From Mobula hypostoma (lineage: Eukaryota): a DNA stretch of 64,000 nt. The notes beneath the pieces are model-generated. The model made no database searches and was not told the DNA's origin. It was given only the letters and a program-made list of their open reading frames with translations. The stretch is taken from assembly GCF_963921235.1 (NCBI RefSeq), contig NC_086108.1, forward strand, positions 15,438,001 through 15,502,000. Reading direction: 5' to 3'. Positions 51,375 through 62,315 of the stretch are shown here, one piece after another. Positions within the stretch are counted from its first letter, which is position 1; every line of letters starts with the position of its first letter. The translations under genes and the position numbers were made by a program.

Positions 51375-51620
51375 TTGTCTTAGTGGGGAACACTGTTATA
51401 GTTTAAGTCCTAATCCAGGGCCAGCATGTGATCTGGGCTAACAGTCCTGTACAGTACCAAGGAAGTGTTGTTCTGAAACGAATGTGGTCACTTGGATGAG
51501 ACATTAAACTGAGGCTTCAACTTCCCCTTGATAGATCACAGGTGTGTTTTCCTTGATGCCCCTAGCTGCACAAATAATTTCTGCTATAATTTGATGTATG
51601 AAAGTTGGGCTCTTAAAATT
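51375..51620 (+). mobile_element. Ancient DeuSINE-like remnant
   Basis: gtacagtaccaaggaagtg...ggatgagacattaaactgaggc resembles the remembered Deu-domain core. Confidence 0.5.
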
Positions 51621-51860
51621 ATTAAATTTAAAGTTCTTAACTGACAATCTTAATTACTTTAGACTAGTAAATGAATAATTATAAGCTGGACAATCTAAAC
51701 TTTGCACTGCAATGTCTTGGTATCTAATTTACTAGGTGTCACTAACTTATCCCGTGCTCATTGTCTAAAATATGGACCTTTTGTGCTATGTACCAAACAG
51801 AGCATCCAAATTAATCATGCTCTTCTGTTGGCCAGTTTGAAACTGACACCTCAAGGTCAA

Positions 51861-52083
51861 ACAACAGGAATTCTGCAGATGCTGGAGATTCAAGCAACAC
51901 ACATCAAAGTTGCTGGTGAACGCAGCAGGCCAGGCAGCATCTGTAGGAAGAGGTGCAGTCGACGTTTCAGGCCGAGACCCTTCGTTAGTCCTGACGAAGG
52001 GTCTCGGCCTGAAACGTCGACTGCACCTCTTCCTACAGATGCTGCCTGGCCTGCTGCATTCACCAGCAACTTTGATGTGTGTT
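51861..52083. mobile_element. Penelope pLTR fold-back insertion (90-bp inverted arms) with 13-bp TSD
   Basis: Arms 51896-51985 and 51994-52083 (1 mismatch), 8-nt loop; TSD acctcaaggtcaa at 51848-51860 and 52084-52096. Confidence 0.92.
51987..52022 (+). ncRNA. Minimal type I hammerhead ribozyme (Penelope-type)
   Basis: AGUC-CUGACGA-AGG-gucucgg-CCU-GAAA-C-GUC^GACU: full catalytic core, stem I AGUC/GACU, stem II AGG/CCU, palindromic ACGU minimal stem III. Predicted cleavage after 52018. Confidence 0.85.
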
Positions 52084-52407
52084 ACCTCAAGGTCAAGTTT
52101 ATTTGTCATTCAACCGTACACATATACAGCTAAAGAAGACATTATTCTCTGTGGCCAAGGTGCAAAACACAATGCATACAGTCATAGACAGAGCATATTG
52201 TTACAATCCTGCACAGCGAGTCACAAAACAAAACTTAGAATAGTACAAGGCCCTGAGTGGTGTGGCCTGAAGATCGACGTAAATGCAAGGTAGATGTTTA
52301 TGTAAGACAGGATAATGTTACTGGCACCATTATAATAAAACTAAGCAGTTGTATGAATATATGAAACAGCAGGAAAAAAAGATGAAAAGTGACCAGTGTA
52401 GGATGAT

Positions 52408-52526
52408 AAACAACAGGAATTCTGCAGATGCTGGAAATTCAAGCAACATACGTCGAAGTTGCTGGTGAACGCAGCAGGCCAAGCAGCATCTATAGGAAGA
52501 GGCGCAGTCGACGTTTCAGGCCGAGA
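52408..52526 (-). mobile_element. 119-bp Penelope pLTR insertion with 14-bp TSD
   Basis: TSD cagtgtaggatgat at 52394-52407 and 52527-52540; same family as 51861-52083. Confidence 0.92.
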
Positions 52527-53430
52527 CAGTGTAGGATGATGGTGTGTCTGTGACCTGGTGTTATAGTTGCAGTTTCCCCACTCTCAGCTAGGTTGAAAAT
52601 ATAAAAAGCAAAAGTTTCTTCATCAATCCTAGTTGCATCAGATTAGCATTCATTAACACTGGTTTTAACTCTCAAGAATGAATATATTGGTAGTTTTTAA
52701 ATCATGTTGAGGATGTTTGTAATTGCATGTATTAGTACTGTCTGTTTAAATTAATTTGCACCTCAGAATACAGTGCCTGTAAAAAGTATTCACCCCCCCA
52801 TGAAAGTTTACATGTTTTATTGTTTTACAACATTGAGTCACAGTAGATTTAATTTGGCTTTTTTTTGACACTGATCAACAGAAAAAGACTCCTTCATGTC
52901 AAAGTGAAAACAGACCTCTACAAAGTGATCTAAATTAATTACAGATATAAAACACAAAATAGTTGATTGCGCAAGTGTTCACCTCCTTAAATATGACACA
53001 CCAAATCATCACTGGTGCAGTCAATTGGTTTTAGGAGTCAATTAATTAGTTAAATGGAGATCACCTGTGTGCATTCATGGTGTTTCAATAGATTGTAGTA
53101 AAGATAGACCTGTATCTGGAAGGTCTAATTGCTGGTGAGTCAGTATACTGGCAAAAACTATACCATGAAAATATAAGAACACCCCAAGCAACTCCACAAA
53201 AGGTTGTGGAAAAGCTCAAATCAGGAGATGGATGCAAGAACATTTCCAAGTCACTGAATATCCCTTGAAACATTATCAATCATCAAGAAATGGAAAGAAT
53301 ATGGCACAGCTGTAAATCTGCCTAGAGTAGGCCATCTTCAAAAGCTGAGTGACCGTGCAAGAAAGGGACCAGTGAGGGAGGCCACCAGGAGACCTATGGT
53401 AACACTGGAGGAGTTGCAAACTTTAGTAGC

Positions 53431-56400
53431 TGAAGCTCCTTCAATAATTCCAAAAGACTGAAGTAGGGTAAATACTGAAAGGCTTTTATTTGCAGTAAGA
53501 CGTGACCTCCATGCTGAGTGTCTGCCCCGGTCTGAGGGGGAGGAGCAGGGCGAAAACACCTTTATTCAGGGGTCTGTGGGAGGAACCACAGGGGCAGTCA
53601 GCAGAGGGGCGTGTCCAGACAGTTAACCCAGTTACAACATATATATATGGTTTACCACATTCACCCCTCCTTTTTTTAAAAAGAGTCCCACGGGGTGAAG
53701 TGACTGACAATATTTACAAGAAGTATATTTACAGGTCAAGTCTATCAGGCGGTCGAGTCCGTCGCTGTGATCTACGTAGCGCCGGTGGTGATTGCACCGG
53801 CGACGGTGGTTGTGCTGGCTCCGGCCTGACTTGAGGTGTCAGCACGTTAGGCGTCGGTAATCCCTCGTGTGTGTGCCCGGTATGGGAGTGTCTGTGTAGG
53901 GCTTGGAGTGCGCGGTGACTGGTGGGTATACATGCCGGTGGATACGGGGTTAATAGACCACAGAGTGTTCAGGGTAGGGGCCCTGTGCTCCTGCGGGTGC
54001 CAGGTCGCGGATGGAGACTGTGTCCTCCCGCCCATCAGGTAAAACCACATAGGCATACTGGGGGTTCGCATGAAGTAAGTGAACCCTCTCGACCATCGGG
54101 GAGTATTTATTGCTTCTTGCATGTTTCCGGAGCAGCACTGGCCCCGAGGACGTCAGCCAAGTTGGTAGGGTGGTCCCAGTGGACGACTTTCTGGGAAAAG
54201 AAAAGAGTCGCTCATGAGGGGTGGCATTGGTGGACGTGAATAACAGGGAGCAGATGGAGTGGAGTGCCTCGGGAAGGACCTCCTGCCGGTGGGATACTGG
54301 CAGTCCATAAGACCATAAGACAAAGGAGCAGAAGTCGGCCATTCAGCCCATCGAGCCTGCTCCGCCATTTTATCATGAGCTGATCCATTCTCCCATTTAG
54401 TCCCACTCCCCCGCCTTCTCACCATAACCTTTGATGCCCTGGCTACTCAGATACCTATCAATCTCTGCCTTCAATACACCCAATGACTTGGCCTCTACTG
54501 CTGCCCGTGGCAACAAATTCCATAGATTCACCACCCTCTGACTAAAAAAATTTCTTCGCATTTCTGTTTTGAATGGGCGTCCTTCAATCCTTAAGTCATG
54601 CCCTCTCGTACTAGACTCCCCCATCATGGGAAACAACTTTGCCACATCCACTCTGTCCATGCCTTTCAACATTCGAAATGTTTCTATGAGGTCTCCCCTC
54701 ATTCTTCTAAACTCCAAGGAATACAGTCCAAGAGTGGACAAACGTTCCTCATATGTTAACCCTCTCATTCCCGGAATCATTCTAGTGAATCTGCTCTGTA
54801 CCCTCTCCAATGTCAGTACATCCTTTCTTAACTAAGGAGACCAAAACTGCCCACAGTACTCCAAGTGAGGTCTCACCAGCGCCTTATAGAGCCTCAACAT
54901 CACATCCCTGCTCCTATACTCTATTCTTCTAGAAATGAATGCCAATATTGCATTCGCCTTCTTCACTACTGACTCAACCTGGAGGTTAACTTTAAGGGTA
55001 TCCTGTACGAGGACTCCCAAGTCCCGTTGCATCTCTGAACTTTGAATTCTTTCGCCATTTAAATATAGTCTGCCTGTTTATTTTTTCTGCCAAAGTGCAT
55101 AACCGTACACTTTCCAACATTGTACTTCATTTGCCACTTCTCTGCCCATTCTTCCAATCTATCCAAGTCTCTCTGCAGACTCTCTGTTTCCTCAGCACTA
55201 CTCCCCTCCACCTTTCTTCGTATTGTCAGCAAACTTAGCCACAAAGCCATCTATTCCATAATCCAAATCATTGATGTACAATGTAAAAAGAAGCGGCCCC
55301 AACGCGGACCCCTGTGGAACACCACTGGTAACTGGCAGCCAACCAGAATAGGATCCCTTTATTCCCACTATCTGTTTCCTGCCAATCAGCCAACACTCTA
55401 TCCACGTATGTAACTTTCCCGTAATTCCATGGGCTCTTATCTTGTTAAGTAGCCTCATGTGTGGCACCTTGTCAAAGGCCTTCTGAAAATCCAAATATAC
55501 AACATCCACTGCATCTCCCTTGTCTAGCCGATTGGTAATTTCCTCAAAAAATTGTAATAGATTTGTCAGGCAGGATTTTCCTTTAAGGAGTCCATGCTGA
55601 GTTCTGCCTATGCCTCCAGGTACTCTGTAACCTCATCTTGACAATCGACTCCAACAACTTCCCAACCACCGATGTCAAGCTAACAGGTCTAATAATTTCC
55701 TTTTTGCTTCCTTGCCCCCTTCTTAAATAGCGGAGTGACATTTGCAATCTCCCAGTCCTCCGGAACCATGCCAGAATCTATCGACTTTTGAAAGATCATC
55801 GCTAATGCCGCCGCAATCTCCACAGCTACTTCCTTCAGAACACGCGGGTGCATTCCATCTGGTCCAGGAGATTTATCTACCTTTAGACTATTCAGCTTCC
55901 TGAGTACTTTCTCTGTCGTAATTGTGACTGCGCACACTTCTCTTCCCTGCCACCCTTGAGTGTCCGGTATACTGCTGATGTCTTCCTCAGCGAAGACTGA
56001 TTCAAAATACTCGTTCAGTTCCTCTGCCATCTCCTTATCTCCCATTACAATTTCTCCAGCATCATTTTCTATCGGTCCTATATCTACTCTCACCTGTCTT
56101 TTACTCTTTATATACTTGAAAAAGCTTTTAGTATCTTCGTTGATATTATTTGCTAGCTTCCTTTCATAGTTAATCTTTTCCCTCTTAATGACCTTAATGA
56201 CCTTCTTGGTTTTCCTTTTGTAAGGTTTTAAAAACTTCCCAATCCTCCCAGTCCCTTTGACCTGAGGGCTAAGAGTGTGGCTTTCCACACTGTGGCATTC
56301 TCCTTCTCCACCTGTCCATTCCCCCGGGGATTATAGCTTGTGGTCCTATTAGTTGCAATACCCCTAGCCAGCAGGTATTGGCGCAGCTCGTCACTCATAA

Positions 56401-59001
56401 ACAAGGACCCTCTGTCACTGTGGATATAGCATGGGTATCCGAACAGAGTGAAGAGCTTGTGCAGGGCTTTTATAACTGACGTGGTAGTGGTGTCGGGGCA
56501 GGGGATGGCGAAGGGGAACCTCAAGTACGCGTCGATAACGTTAAAAAAGTACACATTGTGGTGGGTGGAGGGAAGGGGGCCCTTAAAGTCAACACTCAGT
56601 CGCTCAAAGGGGTGGGTGGCCTTGATGAGTTGTGCCTTTTCGGGTCGGTAGAAGTGCGGTTTGCACTCTGCGCAGACTTGGCAGTCCCTGGTCATCGTCC
56701 TGATCTCCTGAAGGTAGTAAGGCAGGTTCTGGGCTTTCACGAAGTGGAAAAGCCGGGTGACCCCCGGGCGGCAAAGATCTACATGTAGGGCGTATAGCAG
56801 GTCGATCTGCGCGCTGGCACACGTTCCCCGGGATAGGACATCGGAGGGCTTGTTGAGCTTCCCAGGCCTGTACATGATGTCATAGATGTAGGTGGAGAGT
56901 TCAATTCTCCATCTCAGAATTTTATCATTTTTGATTTTGCCCTGCTGTTGGTTATTAAACGTGAATGTGACTGAGCGCTGGTCAGTTAGCGGGGTGAACT
57001 TTTTGCTGGCGAGCTAGTGCCTCCAGTGCCTAATAGCTTCCACTATGGTCCTGGCCTCTTTTTCACCGCGGAGTGCCGAATTTCAGGGCCTTGAAGGGTA
57101 CGGGAGAAGAACGCCACCGGTCTTCCTGCCTGGTTGAGGGTAGCAGCCAGTGCAAAGTCGAATGGCCTCATCCACCGCATGCATTGCTGCTTTGGCATTG
57201 TCCCTTTTTATGCGGCTGAAGGCCGCGTGGGCCTCGGCTGAGAGGGGGAATGTGGTGGACTTGACCGGGGGCGGGCCTTGTCTGCGTAATTAGAGACCCA
57301 TTGGGTGTAATATGAAAAGAAGCCCAGGTACCTCTTGAGGGCTCTGAGGGTGTTGGGAAGAGGGAGTTCCAACAGGGGGCACCTATGGTTGGGGTCAGGG
57401 CCAATGACTCCGTTCTCCACAACACGCCCAAGGATAGCAAGTCGGGTGGTCCCAAACACACACTTGTCCTTGTTACAGGTGAGATTGAAAGCTTTGGCCA
57501 CTTGGAGAAATTTTTGGAGGTTGTTGTCGTGATCCTGCCGGTCGTGACCGCAGATGGTGATGTTATCCAGATATGGGAACGTGGCCTTCAGTTGGCACTG
57601 GTCCACCATCCATTTTGAATCATCCGGTCCATTTCCCTCTGGATACACCATTCGTGACTCCGAAGGGGACGCACAGGAAGTGATAAAGCCTGCCATCTTT
57701 CTCGAAGGCGGTGTAAGGGCGGTCCTCTCAGTGGATGGGGAGCTGGTGGTAAGCGGATTTTAGATCTATGGTCGAGTACACCTTGCACTGTGCTATCTGA
57801 TTGACCATATCCGCGATGCGGGGTAGAGGGTACACATCGAGCTGTGTGAACCTATTGATGGTCTGGCTATAGTCCACGACCATCCTATTTTTCTCCCCGT
57901 TCCGAACAACGACCACCTGGGCCCTCCATGCACTTGTACTTGCCTCAATGACCCCCTCCCTGAGCAGCCGCTACACCTCCAACTTAATGAAGTCCCTTGT
58001 GCTGTACCTCCTGCTTTTAGTTGCCACAGGTTTACAGTCGGGGGTCAGGTTGGCGAACAGTGGTGGGGGAAGGATCTTGAGGGTGGAGAGGCCGTAAGTG
58101 ACGTCGGTAGTGCGGCAGTTGGCATGGTGTTGGGTGGGATGTGCAGGTCGGTGTATGTGTGTGTGGTCAGTAGCGGGGTATGTGACGTATTCCTACAAAA
58201 CTGAGGATTTGCGACAGTGATTGGTGGGAGGGGCCCATCATACTGCATTGTCACGCTTTTCAGGTGGCTCTGGAAGTCGAGTCCCAATAGCACAGGGGCA
58301 CACAGTTGAGCCATGACCAGTAACGTAAAGTCTCTATATTCTGTGCCCTGCACCACTAGCGTTGCTACACAACCCCCCCGGATGTCTGTTGTATGCGACC
58401 CAGAAACCATGGCAACCCTCTGACTTACCGACCGTATCGTGAGTCCGCAAAGCCGCACCGTCTCCGGGTGGATAAAACTCTCCGTGCTGCCTGTGTCAAA
58501 CAGGCAGCTTGTACTGCGCCCCTCCACCAGGATGTCCGTCATTGACCTTGCGAGCTGGTGGGGAGCGCTTTGGTCGAGGGTCACGGAAGCCAGGGTTGAG
58601 TCTCTGTCTTGGTCCGTCACGGTGTGGTGCCCCGTGAGCACCCGTTGGTCGTAGGCGGTGGAAGCAGGCCAGTGTTTGAAAGCATTTCCAGCTTCAGGCG
58701 TTTGCGGATCGAGATCTAACTTGTTGGGTCTCAGAGCATGTTCCATGCTTTAAAATTTACTGCAAATAAGATTGAAGCTCCTTCAATAATTCCAAAAGAC
58801 TGAAGTAGGGTAAATACTGAAAGGCTTTTATTCGCAATAAGACGTGACCTCCATGCTGAGTGTCTGCCCCCGGTCTGAGGGGGAGTAGCAGGGCGAAACA
58901 CCTTTATTCAGGGGTCTGTGGGAGGAACCACAGGGGCAGTCAGCAGAGGGCCGTGTCCAGACATTTAACCCAGTTACAACATATATATATGGTTTACCAG
59001 A
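53431..59001 (-). mobile_element. Gypsy LTR retrotransposon: 229-bp LTRs (53431-53659, 58773-59001), gag largely deleted, PR-RT-RH-IN
   Basis: LTRs differ by about 6 substitutions and 2 indels (manual count). 5-bp TSD gt(a/g)gc at 53426-53430 and 59002-59006. PPT AAAAAAAGGAGGGGTGAA before the 3' LTR. Motifs LFDTGS, RMVVDYS..STIDLKSAYHQ, FPYLDN, SVDFKGP, HSDRG and YNPRGNGQVEKEN. Confidence 0.96.
54307..56248 (-). mobile_element. 5'-truncated CR1 inserted in the Gypsy integrase
   Basis: TSD cagtcc at 54301-54306 and 56249-56254; ORFs 55689..56288, 55198..55509 and 54397..54810. Confidence 0.96.
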
Positions 59002-60539
59002 GTGGCTGAGATGGAAGAGGCTGTGCATACAGCAACTGTTGCCTGGTGCTTTACCAGTTGCAGCTTTGTGAGAGACTGGCAAAAAGAAGCCACTGTCTGG
59101 AAAAAACCTCACTTGAAATCTCGGCTAGAGTTTCCCAGAAGGCACGTGTGAGACTCTGAGATCAGCTGGAAGAAGGTTCTATGGTCTGATGAAACCAAAA
59201 TTGAGCTTTTTGGCTATCAGACTAAATGCTATGTTTGGCTTAAGGCAAACACCGCATATCATAAAAAAAAACCCATCCCTACCATGAAGCATGGTGGTGA
59301 TTGCATCATGCTGTGGGGATGCTTCACTGTAGCAGGCCCTAGAAGGCTTATGAAGGTAGAGGGTACAATGAATGCAGCAAAATACAGGGAAATCCTGGAG
59401 GAAAACATTATGCATTCTGCAAGAAAACTGCGACTTGGGAGAAGATTTGTTTACCAGAAAGACAATGACCCTGAGCATGAAGCCAAAGCTACACAGGAAT
59501 GGTTTAAAAACAACAATGTTAATGTCCTGGGGGGGGGGGCCAAGTCAGAGTCAAGCCCTCAGTCCCATTGAGAATTTGTAGCTGGACTTAAAAAGGGCTG
59601 TACAGTCACGATCCCCACGCAATCTGACAGAGCTTGAGCAGTACAGTATTGTCAAGAAGAATGGGGAAAGATGGTAGTGTCCAGATGTGCAAAGCTGATA
59701 GAGACCTATCCACATAGACTCAAGGCTGTAATTGCTGCTAAAGGTGCATCTACTAAATACTGACTTGAAGGGGTGAGTAATTATGCAATCAGTTATTTTG
59801 TGTTAATAATTGTAATAAATTTAGACTAATTTGACAGGTTATTTTCTTTTGATCAGTGTCAAAAAAGCCAAATTAAATCTACTGTGATTCAATGTTATAA
59901 AACAATAAAACATGAACACTTCCAAGGAGGGTGAATACTTTTTATAGGCACCGTACCTGACTTTCCCCGTGGAACCTTTCCGTCTCAGAGCTAATGATTG
60001 TGTTTTAAAAATATTTTTCTGTGCCCTTGTCTGTTGTTCTGCTGTCTTTACAAATTGACGGTTCAAAATCCAACAGATGGTAAAAATGTTTATGTTGCAG
60101 TGCTGCTAAGAGTTGCTTTAATTGAATGAATTTGGATTGATGGAGGTGTGTATGATATAATGGTTTCAACTGTTACTGTAGGTGTAAAACTTGCCTGCAT
60201 TCACCATGCTTACATGATCAAGCCTATCATCGAATTCAGCAAGGTGCCACAAGTGGGAAGTATTTAGCTATCACTAATTTATCAGGTGATTAAATGCTAT
60301 CCACTTATTCCCACTCATTGCCCTTTCACAAACCCCTGAAAATATCCCACTTCATTTAGCATTGTTGAAGGTTGGTAAGTGGCTGGATGCAGCAATCCTT
60401 TCTCAGTTGCTGAGGGAACCAAAAATGAAAATAACAGAGACGTAATCAGTCTTTCAATCTGCATTGGGTATAGAATTAGTGTGGATGAAAGTATAGTCTG
60501 TCGCATGACATGGTAATTCAAACAGGTAATGAGATAAGA

Positions 60540-62315
60540 TCACACAATATAACATTGATGGAATAGTCATTGGAAACCATTATCATGGACAGAATAACCT
60601 GTAGTTTAAAAAGTATAGATTAATCAAGGCAAATCAATACAGATTTCTTAAATATTTCTGACTAACTTCACAATTATTTGATGGGCTAACAGAGAGGGTA
60701 GATTGGACCATGTAGTAAATATCCACATGGACTAGAACTATTTGACTAAGTGCTGTAAAGAAAATAAAAGCCCAAGGAATTACCAGTAAGAGGCAGTTTA
60801 GATGTATAGGCCAGTTAGCCTGGCTTCAGTGGCTGGGAAGATGTTGGACTCTATTATTAAAGATGAAGTTTCATGACTCATGATAAAATAGGTCAAAGTC
60901 AGCAAGATTTCCTTAAAGACAATCTTGCCTAACAGATCTGTTGGAATTCTTTGAGTAAATAACAGGCATTATAGATAAAGGAGAGTCTGTGGATGTTCAA
61001 GCAACACACATAAAAGTTGTGGATGTTGGTTACTTGGATTTTCAGAAGGTGACAAGGTGCTGCATGTGAAGCTGCTTAACAAAGTAAGAGCCCATGGTAT
61101 TACAGGAAAGATACTAGCATGAATAGAAGATTGGCTGACTGGCAGAGGGAATGAGTGAGAATAAAGGGGGCTTATTCTGTTTGGCTGTTGGTGACTAGGA
61201 GTTAGAGTTGGGACCGCTTCTTTTCATATGATAGGTCAATGATTTGGATGACAGAATTGATGTCTTTGTGTCAAGTTCATGGACGATACAAAGATAGGCG
61301 GAAGGGCACGTAGTGTTGCAGAAGCGGGGAGTCTGTAGAAGAATTTAGATTGAGAGAATATGCGAAGAAGTGACAGTTGGAATATATATATAGGGAAGTG
61401 TATGGTCATGAACTTTGGTAGAAAGAATAAAGGTGTAAACTATTTTCTAAACAGGGAGAAAATTCAAAAATCAGAGGAGCAAAGGGACTTGGAAGTCCTT
61501 CTGCAGGATTCCCCAAAGGTTAACTTGTTGGTTGAGTTGGTGGTAAGACAGGCAGATGTTAGCCTTCATTTTGAGAAGACTAGAATGTAAGAGCAAGATG
61601 GTAACCCTGAGGCTTTATAAAGCATCAGTCAGACCTTGGAGTATGATGAGCAATAGTTGTTAGTTTTTTCAGTCTTGGTCTGTCCTGTGTTTTGTGATAT
61701 CACACCGGAGGAAATATTGTATAATTTCTTAATGCATGCATTACTAAATGACAATAAAAGAGGACTGCGTGTCTTCATAATCATAATCATTTTGAGCGCC
61801 TTATCTAAGAAAAGATGTGCTGGCATTAGAGAGGGTCCAGAGGAGGTTCACGAAAATGATTCTGGGAACAAAAGTGTTAACATATTAGGAGTGTTTGACG
61901 GCCCTGGGCCTGTACTCGTTGGAGTTTAGTAGAATGAGGATAGATCTTATTGAAGCCCATCAAAAAATTGAAAGGCCTAGATAGAGTGGATGTGGAGAAG
62001 ATGTTTCCTATAGTGTGTGAGTCTATGACCAGAGAGTACAGCCTCAGAATAGAGGTACATCCATTTAGAGCAGGGATGAGGAGGAATTAATTTCTTTAGC
62101 CTGAGGTTCGTGAATCTGGAATTTATTGCCACAGGCAGCTGTGGAGGCCATCATAGAGTATATTTAAAGTGGAGGTTGATAGGTTCTTGATCAGTAAGGA
62201 TATCAAAGGTTATAGGGAGAAGACAGGAGGATGGGGTTGTGAGGGTAATAAATCAGCCATGATGAAATGACAGATGACTTGAGGTGTTGAAAGGCCTAAT
62301 TCTGCTCTTATGGAC
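60540..62315 (+). mobile_element. Old CR1 RT/3' remnants with a nested LINE tail (~61650-61790) and a 20-bp Penelope micro-insert
   Basis: GKCMVMNFGRKNKGVNYFLN.EKIQKSE.QRDL and a CR1 3' UTR; nested tail ends aataaaagagg..(cataat)n. Confidence 0.85.

Larger units (their letters stand above)
52771..59953 (+). mobile_element. Tc1-like DNA transposon with long TIRs, decayed transposase (53165-53430 + 59002-59763), interrupted by Gypsy
   Basis: TA|CAGTGCCTGTAAAAAGTATTCACCC...GGGTGAATACTTTTTATAGGCACCG|TA; motifs WSDETK, KHGGDCIMLWGCF, QKDNDPEH and SPIENL. Confidence 0.95.

Noticed and set aside
51702..52293. ORFs on both strands encoding the same peptide (THIKVAGE.SRPGSICRKRCS...)
   Set aside because: Artefact of the DNA palindrome, not a protein-coding signal.
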